This document shows positions 1 to 12,248 of a stretch of DNA of 64,000 nucleotides, piece by piece (positions within the stretch are counted from its first letter, which is position 1; each line of letters starts with the position of its first letter). The position numbers and the translations under genes were made by a program. The stretch is from Raillietiella orientalis (taxonomy: Eukaryota): NCBI GenBank assembly GCA_036172245.1, contig JAYWIR010000045.1, forward strand, positions 1,302,001 to 1,366,000, given 5' to 3'. The notes under the pieces are model-generated. The model was not told the origin of the DNA. It saw nothing but the letters and a program-made list of their open reading frames with translations, and ran no database searches.

Positions 1-1374
1 CTGTATCCATGGGATGATTCCTCTCTCCCCCGCCGCTGCCAGGAAGGTCAATCGGAAGTACACAAGAGAGGGGCTGCAACCGCAGCTGCTGAGTGCGGAG
101 AAGTGCGGAGAAGGGGAGCGGGAAGGATTCCCGCTCCCCTTCTCCCTCGGCGGGAACATCTCCCGGTAGCCGCAGGGAAAGCGTCCCCAAGGCAGCGAGG
201 CACCTCTGAAGTGGTGGCATTCCTACCTTCCTCTCCCTTCCAGCAGAGAGAAGGGGAAAAAAGTCCCGGAGGGAAATCTCGAGGGAGGGGAGAAATCCTG
301 TCCCTGCCAGCGGAGGAGCGGAGAAAGCCGGGATGCCGGAGTTCATCCGTCACCGCCTGCTGTTCCCCTCATCTTCGGTGGGATTGCGAGTCGGGATCGA
401 AGGATGGGGGGAAAGGGGAGAAGACTTCTCCTCCACCTCCCATCGCAGGGCCTCCGGGAACCCAGGTGCTCTCAGCCCATTCAATCCGTGAGGACCTCCT
501 GCACTTCCCGGGAGGAATGCGGGAAAATCGGGAAGATCCGCGGAGTCCTCCCTCGACCGGATCGCTTCCCGGTCTGGTTCGAAGGCGCGTTTTGGAAGGG
601 TGAGCGGTGAAGACTCGCAGCGGATTTAATGAAGGGCGGAGGCCGCGCAGGAGGATGCCACCACACAGGGACCCTCCGCAGGCCGAAGCAGGACCCGTGG
701 GGGCCGGTAAGGGGGGAGGAGAAGTCACCCTGGAGGTGATGCAGAGATTGGGACGCCAGCGAGCGGGAGAGTCCGGTCTTCCTTGAGCCAGCTCCTTTCT
801 CCTCCCACGAATATCCTCCCCTACCCTTGGCGCTCGTTCCCCTTTTCTCCCCCAAGTCCCCGCGATCATGACCCACGAAGGCCGCCTGGCGCCCTCCAGC
901 GTTGCGCGTCGCCACCACCAGGAAGGGAGGAGGGACGTCAGCCCCCCGCGGCAGCCGGGCAGATCAGCCTGAGGTGCTAATCTGAGGAGATTGGGGAGCA
1001 TCCGGGAAGTACCGCCCGATCCCGATTTCCGGGTCGGGAGCCCGCTCCCCTCCCTTCCCTCCTCCCTTGGGAACCGGAGGGCCCTGTCCTTGAGCTTTCC
1101 GAGCGTGGTTCACCGCTCCCTCGTTTCCCCTGCGACCGCCCCTAGGGACTCTTCCACTTGCTCCCGGTCTCTCCCTCATCATCCTTTCCCTGGAAGGATG
1201 CCTGAGGTCCCGAAAGATGGGGAAGGAGGATGGGGGAAGCCTTCAGGCGGAAAGCGCCCGGGTCCCCTCTGGGCTCCCATTCGGACGGCTGCGCTTCCCG
1301 GCGGCATCGCCAGGCAACAGCGAGCGCTTGCTTCTCCCGTGCCTCTCCCTCCCTCTCTAACCCTCCCCATCCAG

Positions 1375-4300
1375 ATAGGTTGATCTCTCCCGCCTTGCGC
1401 GGACTGTATGCCGGGACGCCCTTCAGCAGGATCCCCGCCCCTTCCCCTCTCCTGGACCTCGGCAGCTACGGGCTGCGGAGCTACGACCTGGCCCAGCACG
1501 TCCTTCGGCAGCAAGGAAGCGCCAGCAAGCTCTTCGGTATGGCACGAGTTCCTCTCTCCTCACTAAGCGAGTGGGTCCTTTCCCTCCGCCTTTCCGGGAG
1601 CAGGTTCCCTGCGCCCCCCAGGAATAGTTGGAGGGAGCAAGCCCAAGGTGGCCACCCCCACTGTGGTATCGAAAATCGAGCAGTACAAGCGGGAGAACCC
1701 GACCATCTTCGCCTGGGAGATCCGGGAGAAGCTGATCTCCGAGAGTAGGGAGCTGCAGATCCCCCTGTTTCCACACCTTCCCCCTCCACCTCGCTCCTCT
1801 AGGTGTGTGCACCAACAACACTGCACCCAGCGTCAGCAGTATCAATCGCATCCTGAGGAACAGGGCCGCCGAGAGGGCAGCCGCGGAGTTCGCCCGGGCC
1901 ACCGGTTACGGGTGGTACAACCCGTACCCCCTGGATTGGCCCACAAACAACCTCTGGCCCCCCCTGACGTCATTGCCGCCCAACCACTCGCTCCATGGAT
2001 CCCTCGCCTTCCCGCCCACGCCGCTGTTCATCAAGACAGGGCAGGCCCTTGTGGAGCATCCCTGCTCGGCAGGTAGGATCTGTTCCCTTCTTTGCGGGGG
2101 AAGTAGGGAGAAGAAGCGGTTTCCCAAGGCAACGGTGGCCTCTCCAACTTCGACTACACACCCGGCCCTACCTCCCGAGCCAATTCGCTCTCCTCAGGGG
2201 ACAGCGAGCGACTTTTGAAGGGTCGCTCTCGTCTCAGGAGGAGGCCCCGGACACTCCCTCCCTCCATCCTCCCGAGCCCCTTGCCAGCAGCTTTGGGAAG
2301 CAAAGGGAGACCGCCACTGGGAAGCGGCGCGCGACCCAGCTTCTCTCTCCCTTCCGGCAAAAGGAAGAGGAGGAAGATCAGGAGAAAAATCTCGAGAGAG
2401 GGGAGGCACTCCACCTCGAATAGTCAGGGATAGCGGAGCGAAGATGCCAGGGTAATTCTCCACACCGATCGCCGACTTTGGAGGAACCTGGAGTCGAGAT
2501 CGAAGGGCGGAAGGAAAGGGAGAGGGCCTCATTCGAAGTCTGAGTGCAGGACGCAGCTCTTGGACGCGCAGCTGTTGCTTCTCCTCCTCCTTCCCTCCTC
2601 TTCCTCCTTATTTTCTCCTCTGTCTCCTCCCGCTATTTCCTTACATCGAGATCGAGGATGCATGCGCGGCACTCCATTGCCTCCCTTGCATCTGCTGCTG
2701 CTCGCCATCGTGGGAAACCGGGGGGGGGGGGGGGAGGAAACAGGAGAGGAAGTGAAAGAGGAGGAGGGAAAAGAAAAAGACGAAAGAAAGGGGGGAAAAG
2801 GCAAAAACAAATGTTTACGAATCTCCGCGCTCACAGGGAACCATGGCAACGTAGGCCGCAGTCATAAACACAATCGCAAATCAGTGCACATCACAACATC
2901 GCGATGGTTTCCCGGTTATTTATGGGTTCTCTTGGACGGGCAAGACAAACGGTCGTTGGATGCGACAGCAGCGAGTGAAGAACGGCGCGTCGCGCCCGCT
3001 TCCGTGAGACCCGCGGATGCTTTTGATGGTCACGTCGGGTCTCGTGGGTCCTCCATCGCCGGCTTTTCCGATTCCTTCCCTCCCCTCCCCCCTTCCCTCA
3101 ACCGTTCCGAAGCAGAGGCGCGCTGCCCGCTTCCTCCAAGTCGACCTCACGGACGGTTCCGCCCTGTCCCCCCCCCCCCCTTCCTCGCTGCAAGGAGAGA
3201 CGGAGCCGGCTCGCGGCTTGACAGGAGGCAAAGAACCGTCGTCCTTGCGGGAATCGCTACCACCCGAGTCGTCGTTCGGGAGACTGGAGGACGGAAGACT
3301 TCTGGAGTCCACCACCGACCGCATTCGAAGCGGCGGAAACGGCGCGGAGATCAGGAGGCGAGACCACCCCCCTGGTTCGCAGCCCAAGGCTCAGATGAGC
3401 CCTTTGTCCCCACCCTACTCTACCTCCTCCTCAACCCTGATATTCCGACCTCCTCTTCCCCCACACCTCTTTTTTTTTTTGGCTCTGGGAGTTCCCGAAC
3501 TGGCTTCATCGTGGCGACCGCCAGTGCTCCGCGCAAACAGCGGGTCCTCGCCCGGGTAAAACTCGATCGCTTGACGCAGAGCGCTTCCTGGGATCTGCAT
3601 GGCAGGACTTCGTCGTCGTCCCGCGCCGTGTTAATGGAAACCTCCCTTGCCGCTTACCGGAAGGGCAGGAAGGAAAACTCGACACGGACGGAGAGGCTGG
3701 AGAGGAAGGGAAGGGGTGGGAATGGGGAAGCGATGGAAAAGTGAAGGAAAGCCACAGTTACGTCCGGAGACCCCTCACCGAGTGGCACCTCCTTCTTCCG
3801 AAGGCCCTACCCTGAGGTCGGCTGCCCTCGTTTCCAAGGAGGGGTGCTTCCGTACCACCTCCGAGCGTTCGCTAGGCGCCGCTGGCCTCTCCCCACCACA
3901 GCGCGAGGGCGCGTCCTGACAGACCCTCCCACCCACCTCAGCTCCCTCGAATCGAGCGCTTCTCACGGGCATCTCCTACGCCGGCAACTGCCACCCATGC
4001 TCTCTCACCGCTCCCACCTCCTCCCGGCCCCGGAAACTGGGGAGTCCTCACCGGCGATAGCGCTCCGTGAGTTCATCCCTCCCCTCCTTCGCCCCCAACT
4101 TGCGGAGCGCTGCAAGGGCGTTCTCGTCACCCCTGCCTCCGGGGTGAAGGTCATTCGCTTCCGGCCTCGCCGCTCCGTTTCCTAAGGCCTCTGCTTGTGA
4201 CCTCGGGGCACAATGGATGTTTCGACCGAGGTGCGGCATCCAACCTTCCCCCGTTCCTCCCCTCTCCCCAGGATAATCGCACATTCGGGAGGATGCTGTC

Positions 4301-5388
4301 CCGAGGGCATCTCGTCCTCGAGTGAGGAAGAGAAGAGAGCGGTTTCTCTTCTCCGTTCCCGCTTCCCCCTCTACTTCTCCTCCCGAGGGGACTGCTTGTT
4401 CAGACGGAAGGAAGGGAACGAGATGATGCCCGATTCTCCCGGCTTCTGCCTTCTCTGCGAGCAGCAGCAGCAGCGGGGCGGGTCCATAACCTCCACCCCT
4501 CAGAAACCCTCCTCCAGGGTCTCCCTCGAGCGACGAGAAACGGACGTCCCCCGCTGGCGTTGGCCTGTCGTCCGGGCCGCGGGGACGAGCGTTTTCCGGG
4601 AGGCTACCGGGATGACTCTCATCCTTTTCCTGAGACCGCAGGACGACCACGCCCTCAAGGGTAGACTGCAGCGATTCTGAAAGAAGACGAGTAACGGACT
4701 GCGTGGCTGAACCCACCAAAGGGAGGAAAAGGGGGAGGCTGCCTCCCCTGACATGGGTCGGGGGCTCTCCCTCGTCTCCTGTCGCGAGCCCTCCCTGCCC
4801 TCCCTTCGAGCGCGCTTAAGGATTGCCGGAACATTCCAGAGGCGAAGGAGGTGGAGGAGAGGGAGGACTTCAGCGGCAGCCCCGACTTCCCCGACCATCC
4901 CAAGTTCCGGCGCAACCGGACCACGTTCACCTCGGAGCAGCTGGAGGAGCTGGAGAAGGAGTTCGAGAAGTCCCAGTACCCCTGCGTAAATACGCGGGAG
5001 AGGCTGGCGTCGAAGACCAGCCTGTCAGAGGCCAGGATACAGGTGGGTCGGCGCCCGGTGGCGTGAGGACGGGAAAGAGCGAGGTCAGCGGAAGGACGCG
5101 CGCGAGCTCCGTGCCCTGCGCTGCGGTGGCGCCCCTCCCGGTGGCGGGGGGAGGGGCGCGCGCCGCTGAGGGTGGCACCAGCGGTTGACAGTTGGATCTG
5201 CAACGCAGGTTTGGTTTTCCAACAGACGTGCCAAGTGGAGACGCCACCAACGGATGAGCGCCCTCAGGCCGTTTGGCGACCGTACCTGCCCGTCAGGAAC
5301 GAGCCAGCCCAGCAGCCTCTTGCCCACCCCACCGCGGGCGGAAAACACGGATGACTCCGAGCGTTCCGTCAGCCCTCCGGTCCGCTGA
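1375..5388 (+). CDS. eyg: Eyegone/twin-of-eyegone-type Pax transcription factor (truncated paired domain + paired-class homeodomain); start exon not identified
   Basis: Exons joined by phase-compatible GT-AG introns: 1375-1536, 1604-1744, 1803-2072, 2129-2221 (less certain), 4840-5042, 5209-5388 (TGA). Translation gives [100 protein letters not shown] (RED subdomain plus the eyg-typical [13 protein letters not shown] tail) and [62 protein letters not shown] (homeodomain, Ser50, YPC motif typical of Eyg). Confidence 0.92.
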
Positions 5389-5446
5389 AGAGGGAGGAGG
5401 AGGAGGAGGAAGGGGGAAGCTGCCGCCGCTGCTCCTGAGCGCAAGA

Positions 5447-5452
5447 AATAAA
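5447..5452 (+). promoter_or_regulatory. Candidate polyadenylation signal of the eyg-type gene
   Basis: AATAAA about 60 bp after the TGA at 5386-5388. Confidence 0.4.
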
Positions 5453-8400
5453 CAGGCAAAAAAACAGGAAAAAAAAACACACACACACACACACACGTAC
5501 ACCAGTCCAGAGGAAGAAGAAGAGCAGAGGCCGAGGGCTACCTCACCACGTGCCCGCTTGCCCAGAGGGTTGCGGAAGCGAATGGCGCTCCCCCTTCTGC
5601 CTCCCTCGCGTTCTCCCAGAGGGAACTCGCGCTCAGCCACCTGCCCATAGCCGCTCCTGTCGTCGTCCTGTGAGGACAATCCCCGTGCCTTTTCTGACTC
5701 TCTGAGGGCACCTCACAAGCCTTCTCGAGACCCCCTCTCTGCGTCCTCCCTTGTAGGAGACGCCCCTCTCCCTCCCTTCGAAGATTAAAAGGAAAAAAAA
5801 AAAAAAGCACGTACGCACGCGCACGTCTGGCCAATGGCGCGCAAGGAGCACGGGAGGGAGGCCGCGACACTGCGAATTGCCGCGCGCGGGGGGCAGCGGC
5901 AGACGGTGGATTCTTCTGGGAGAAGCCCCTGACCTCCTCTCGGAGGTGGAGAGAACGACCCCCGGGGTAGACCGCGCCCGGGAGAAGCGGTCCCGAATGG
6001 GGACCTAGAGGTCTTTCCGTACAAATCGCGTCACGGAGTCGCGCTGACGCAGCGGTGGGATGGCGTAGCATGCGGATCGGGGGTTCCAGGGGAAGGAGGA
6101 GGCTGGAGGAGCGGGAAGGGCGAAAGGGAAGATCGTGGGAGGAGGCAGGAAGGTTGCAGACGCCAGGAGCTTCCGAGGCTGCGTGGCACCCTGAGAGGGG
6201 AAGCAGAGAACTCGCCACCTTCAGGAACGCCGAGGTCTTCACAGAAGATGCGAGGAGGCCTCGGAAGCGTTCTCATCCGCCCGCTTTCTCGCCTCTTGCA
6301 ACCTCAACGGCAGCACCTCTAGAGGGAACGGGATCGTGGCGTCACCCGGGGGTCCAGAGGGAAGTACAGACGGCGAAGCAGCTGCAGTCCCGAGGGGCAT
6401 CCCAGGGATGCTCCGAGGGACGGAAGGAAGAGGAGGAGGGATGCTACCCGCGTGTTCCCCCCTCACGAGGGATCCTCGGTAAAGAGAAGGGAAGAGGAAC
6501 GAGCACGGTGGTTGGCGAGTCCCGTTTTCCCTTCGTTCTTCCTGACCCGGGGGCGGCTCAGAGAACGGCAGGATCAGGGGCAGCCACCCCGAATGAGGGG
6601 AAGATTTCCAGCATGCCTCCGAGGACTTACGTCATCCTCCTGGTTTCCTCCCTCTCCCCCCGCCCCCAGAGGAGGGGAGGAATAATCCTTTTTACTCTTC
6701 TTCCCGGAAGAAGGAGACCTTTCGACCTCGAACGGGAGCGCACCCTTGGACGGAGGACAAGAAGGGAAGAACGGGAGAGGAGGGACAGGGTCCCGAAGGA
6801 AAAGAGGAAACAAACCCATTCCTTCTCTTTGCGGAAGAAGGACAATTCCACTCCCCCCTGCGGTAAGGTTGAGGCAGGTCCGGTTTTCTCCTCTCCCCCT
6901 TGCTTGCCGGGAAGCCCGGTGGCTGCTCCACTCCTTTCGCTCAGGGCGACTGACCGAGGAGGAAGAGATGATCCGTTCCGGACGGCCGGGGGCGAAGATA
7001 GCGTCCGAGGATCCGGTGAAGGCAAGCAAGAGGGATCTTTCCCCATTTTATCCTGCCCTAGGAGCTTGGTCTCTACGGGGCCGCTCCCCGCGTCTACCCG
7101 GTCTCGACCAGAAGCCAAGGGCCGCTGTCTGTGCGCCGTCTCTTCCCCCAATCCGACCGAGATGCGGAAGCGAAGGGAGGGGGGCGACTTCCACCAGTTG
7201 GTAGGAGCTCGGAGAGACGCCCACGCGCTAGACGGGTCCACGGAAGGGTCGCTCCTTTAGCCCACGGCTCCAGAGTCAGGGGGAAGAGGAAAGGGGATCG
7301 GGAAGGTGGTTAGCCTCGAGGGAAGCTCTCCCTGAGGGGGGAGCATGCGTTCCCGCTGGTTCGGCCCCTCACGACAGGGATTCCTGAGAGGAGTGCCGGA
7401 GGGCGCGTCTCCGTTCTCCAGATGATACGAAGCCGGACCGAACAACAGAATGAATGTCCCCTGGAGGAAGGACACCCTGGGAAAGACCAGCAAAGACCTT
7501 CCTCTTCCTCATTCCATATTTCTTGTTCGTTCTCCCTGCGGCCCTCGTTTTACAGTATTTGAATTTTATATTTTTATTTATACAATTTTTCTTCACTCTG
7601 GTACAAACTATCATGCAGTGCTAATTTTAGATTTATCAATTATCAATTTATGAAATATTCGATTTTCAATGTGTGACCTAATAATCAGAATGGCTTTCTG
7701 GAGGTTTTCAGAAAAAAGTGCCCTAAATGCACGAATCATTTACAAACAATTAATGATTTGTAAAAGAACCGGGTGCTCAAACGAGCTGATGAATTTAGAA
7801 TCTCCGTAAGATACGGAAAATTTTAGTTCACGAACTTGGATGTGGGATGGGAGGGAGGGGAGGAATGGGTGATTTTTTCCTTGCCGCTGAAGGGAAAGCG
7901 CCATCCGAGATGGAGGTCGTGGCACCGCGGGCTGAGAGGTTGGACGGTAGCGACTTCCCCCATGCGTCCCGAAGCCTCCAGTTCCTTGGCATCTTCCATC
8001 CCAGCGAGCAAAAGGATCCTCTGGACCTCACATGAGTTTTGGCAGCAAGCTCTGGAAACACGTAGTGCTAGCGGGGATGGATTCTCTCTCTGCTCGAGAC
8101 CCACGCCTCGAGCACAACGAAGACCAAGAGGAACGCACGGCGAAGGCTTTTCGCTTTTTCTCTTCTTGCACCGCCACCATCTCTTCGTTTTCTTCTTTTT
8201 TTTTTCTTCTTCGATCTTTGAGCTCCCACTTCCACCGTCGCGGGAACAGAAACGAGGTGGCATCCTGCGGGTGCCGCGCTTCCTCCAGCCACGCTCACCG
8301 TATCCTGCCATTCCGAGGCGGAGGGGACAGAAGTGCCTGCTGCAGAAGGCTTCGTTCCTGCCGCTCTCCCGGCACTCTAACCGTTTCGTCCCCTCCGGAG

Positions 8401-9070
8401 AGCGCGGGCCAACACGTGTTCACCCTTCCTGAGCAGCTCCACGTGCTTGCCTCATGACTGGGAGAGAGGGTATCCCCGAAACGCGGTTGCCAGGCTGCGG
8501 ATGTCGCGTTTCTTCATCTCTTCTCGCTTCTGCGGCTCGGCATGCACGTGGTTCTGGAAGGGGCGTTCTGGAAGAACCGGGGACACTTCTCCAATCCGGC
8601 CTATCCTCTACGAGATTCGCCTCCTCCTTCCTCAAAAGAAGTAGTCGCCATAGCCGCGTCCGGGCTTCCCTGCCCGCGCTTTGGCACGCTCGTCGATTTC
8701 GGAGCGCAGATGCTCCCTCCGTATCGTGTAGCCACATAGAATCCGGTCTGCACCATGGAGGAGAAGGGGAAGAAGAAGAAAAGCAAAAAAAAAAATTCCT
8801 TTTATCTTCCTGTCCTGTGCGCCTGATAGGCCGAGATCTTCCTCGCGTTTCCAAGACGCCGCCGCTGCGCGTTCTTCGAAACCGCGGAGATTCCCTTTGT
8901 GCGCGTCCCTCGAGCATCCCTTTTTTTGCGTTATCGAAAGCTGCAGCTGTAAGCGTTCACCCGAGATTAATCTTGAAGAGGCAGGAATAAGAGAAGCAGC
9001 TTCCTAACCCACTCATCTTTATTACTGACTCCAGAATGATAGCCCTGCTCTCGCACACGCCGGAAAGCCA

Positions 9071-9107
9071 CCTTTTTTTTTTTTTTCCTTTCCTTTCCTT
9101 TCTTTTC

Positions 9108-9139
<32 letters not shown>

Positions 9140-9147
9140 TTTTTTTT
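9071..9147. repeat. 77-bp pure pyrimidine tract (poly-T, CCTTT, (CTT)n)
   Basis: Read directly from the sequence; no purine between 9071 and 9147. Confidence 0.9.
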
Positions 9148-11339
9148 GTCAATCATTAACTCAAAAACTGCTACAGAATCAGCATCCGTGAGTTACGCGC
9201 CTGAAAACTGCCAGTGTCCTTTTTAACGGGTTGCGATGGAAAACTGACAGAGAGCGTTTTATCTCCGCGATGAAAGAGCCCTAAAAACTCGGAGAGAAGA
9301 GCCTCTCTTTTTTTTTTATTTTCGGTTGTTTCCAGTCTCCCACCGTGGCCGAAGGGCAGCGGGCGGATTCTGGCCTTCCATCCTCGAAAAAGGTGTTTGC
9401 GCAGCCCAGGTTGCGCGGGGCGTCGAAGCGAAGAGGCAGGAGAGACCCCAGTCGTCTCGATCGGCTGCTTTGCTCTCTTAGAAGGCACGCTCGTAGCAAT
9501 GCCAATCTCTCGCGTGTCAAAAAGGCGTCCCCCTTAAGGAAGACAACTTCCCCTCCCCCCCTCCTTTCCCCATCCTCATTCGAGCGGCAAGCCATCCCAA
9601 CAAGCTTCAACCGCTTCCGGATGCGGAGTCCCCCTGCGAAGATTGGGAAGGGGGGGGAAGGAGGGGGGGGGGGAGAGGTGAAAGGGAAGGAATCAACGAG
9701 CACAGAAAGATCCCAGCGGATGATTTTTGCGACGAGTCGTCGTTGAGAAGCGGATCCGCTAGAGGCGCCACTTTCCCGCCGAAAGGAAGTTTGCATCGGT
9801 TCGTCCTCTGCATTGAAAGCTCCAATTTGAATCTTCTCGTATCTGATTTTTAAAAACCTGCAATTGTCAGTTCCTTTGATGTAACGAGGCTGGGAAAAAT
9901 TCTCATCCGACGATTAAGCCGTAGCCAAGGAAACCTTCTCGATTTAATTACTATGCAGCGAACACGAATCGAACATAAAGCCGAAGTTACGGTTCCAATA
10001 AGCAATTAACTAGGTAAAGAAACAAGGAAAATCGGCCAGTGATTTTCCTAAAGAAGTCCGCAAAAAATAAAATAGAAAAACACACAAATAGAAGAGGAGA
10101 GAAAAGTCCTTCGAATGAGCAGAAATTAACGATCTCTTCCTTAACCAGAAGCACACGTTTCCCCATAAATGATCCGTTGCGGGCGGCTCTCGACGTCGAT
10201 AATAAGGAATAATCTCCTCGCTCGGTCCCGGATCCCGCCCAGTAGAAGAAGCGCAGCTTGATTTTCACCGGGAGGTTTCATTAATGCGATTCGCTGCGCG
10301 AAGATTATGTCCCTCGGAAGCTGGTCCCGCGCAGGCCAGCTGGGGAGACGCCGCGTCCATCCTGAAATTCGGCTTCGGGACCTGCGGAGTTTGCTTCGAA
10401 GATCAGCGGGAAATTCGCCTCCCAGCGCACAGAAGAAGAAGAGAGAATGCTGGAATCAGGCTCTCATTTGTTTCTCTATATGGGTAAGAAGAAGAAGGAA
10501 AACGATCTGCTTCGTCCGTCTCGGGCATTAAAACTCTGGAGGAAGCGGTAGGGGTAGGCGGAGCACATGGTGGGTTTCTCTGGCCGAGGAAGGGTGGTTT
10601 TGTTTGCGTGAGAGGGGGAGGCGAAGGGAGAGAGGGAGGGAAGGAGACCCTGTCGAGGAGACTTCACGTGTCCTTTGCAGTGTTTGCACGCCATCCATTA
10701 GCTAAGGTGTCGCCCCCGGGAGTTACGCAACACACGTGCGTCCGTGCGCATTGCGTGTTGGCCAGCACCCTCGATAGACGAGCGGGGCCTCATTTTTCAT
10801 CAGGAGCCCACGGGCTTCGGCTGGAACCCGCCTTTCATTGCCATGGCGATTTTTTCCGATATCCGTCATTCCGCAGGATGTGCAGGGAGTCTTTTCTTCC
10901 GCTCTAAGGAGGCTTCAATCCGAGACAGAGACTCTGCTCCCGAAAGCATGCCGGATGCATATTTCCAGAGTGATGGCTCTCGAATCAAGAGCGCGCTAAT
11001 TCCCGCTGATTGCTCCCGCATCCGTGATTCATGCCACCGATTCCCAAACACCGGCCGACGGCGATCCGCGAGTGGTAATGGATTGGGCGGAAGGGGACTA
11101 GTAGTAGTTGACCGGGAAGAAGGAGCCCACGGAAAGAGAGGAGGAAGGGGGAGACGAGAAGGGGAGGCAGGCATGAGGCAAAAAAACAAAAACAAAATCC
11201 GGTGGGGTGTGTGTGTGTGTGTGTGGGGGGGGGGGGGGAATGTAAAAGAGGGAGAGGTATCCTCCAGCATCTCTGGGTGCAAGGTGGAGTGAGGGATCGC
11301 CTATGGCGCATCTGGATCGGAGGAGAGAGGGTGGGAGAG

Positions 11340-11573
11340 ACCGAAAGCAGCATCGCCCTGTGATTGTGACGGGCGCGAACGAGTGCGCGTTCCTCCCTTT
11401 GCTGGGAGGAACGCGCACTTTGTTCCTTCCTTCTCACGAGAAGGAAGTACACCAGGGCAGCAGATGGGAACCGTCCGCTCAGACAACTCGGGAGACGTTC
11501 GTGCTCTCCAGAGAGCTGCAAAGGACACCTGACGAAAGCTCCAAGAGGAAATGCGGACCAGAAATAGGACGAT

Positions 11574-11578
<5 letters not shown>
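11340..11578 (-). mobile_element. Displaced 3' part of a decayed Gypsy integrase (continuation of the 18470-20450 relic)
   Basis: Minus-strand VRISSWSFRQVSFAALWRAR aligns without gaps to the recalled Gypsy integrase motif YRxTPHSTTGxSPAELLxGR; followed by RTRSRPSQSQGD resembling RxRxLxxGDxV. Confidence 0.45.

Positions 11579-11635
<57 letters not shown>
11579..11635. repeat. (CA)28 microsatellite
   Basis: Direct read. Confidence 0.97.
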
Positions 11636-11639
<4 letters not shown>

Positions 11640-11660
11640 TGAAACGCTTCGCACACCCGG

Positions 11661-12248
11661 AAAAAGAAAATCTTCCGACCACCTTTGCTCACCTTCGGTC
11701 TCCACGACCAGCGTACGAAGAGGGATCGAAGCGGCAGGTGCGCCTCCGCACCGCGACGCCGCGCGCTGCGCTGCTTCTGCTCCCGCTCGGCCACCATCGC
11801 CCGTCGCCTTTTCCCGCCCCCAGGACTCCGAGTCGATGACGTCACCGGTGACCTGGCGTCGGACTCCTACCGTCGGGCAAGTGGGGTGAGTCAGCCCAGA
11901 GCCTGCTTCGCTTCGCTTCCCTCCACGCCCCCTGTTCGCTCCCGTTGAACACTGGCGGGGTGTGCGTTTCCCGCGCCGAGTCCGAGATCCCCGGGTCAAG
12001 CGGACGAGGGAGGAGTGGGGAGGGGTTCCTGACTCCCAAGGAAACCCTCCTCTGGATTCCTGTTCTCGTCGATGGGTAAGGAGTGCGCCGCAGCGCCACG
12101 AGCTCTCCTTTCGCGTGGAAGCTCTCGCGCTCCCGCCATCCGGCGAACGGAGGCGTGGAGGTGGGGAAAATCGCGGATGCCGCGTCAGGGAAGGAAGCAG
12201 CCCTGGAGACGGCCTTGTCGCAGACAGTGGCAACGGAAGCGGCATCCA
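11661..12248 (+). repeat. Left arm of 588-bp inverted repeat
   Basis: Reverse complement of 17861-18448; 3 mismatches seen (11687, 11799, 11816). The ORF track shows identical peptides from the two copies on opposite strands. Confidence 0.97.

Noticed and set aside
2560..3744. 394-aa ORF inside the eyg intron
   Set aside because: Low-complexity, Arg/Pro/Ser-rich, crosses homopolymer runs, no domain; expected by chance in GC-rich DNA. A phase-compatible extra eyg exon at ~3141-3374 in another frame is possible but unsupported.
6055..7260. 401-aa ORF downstream of eyg
   Set aside because: No recognisable motif or codon bias, and long ORFs overlap in several frames; GC-content artefact.
8447..8644. 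Faint L2-like LINE tail (GYPRNAVARLR...PIRPILYEIRLL)
   Set aside because: Too short and too weak to call.
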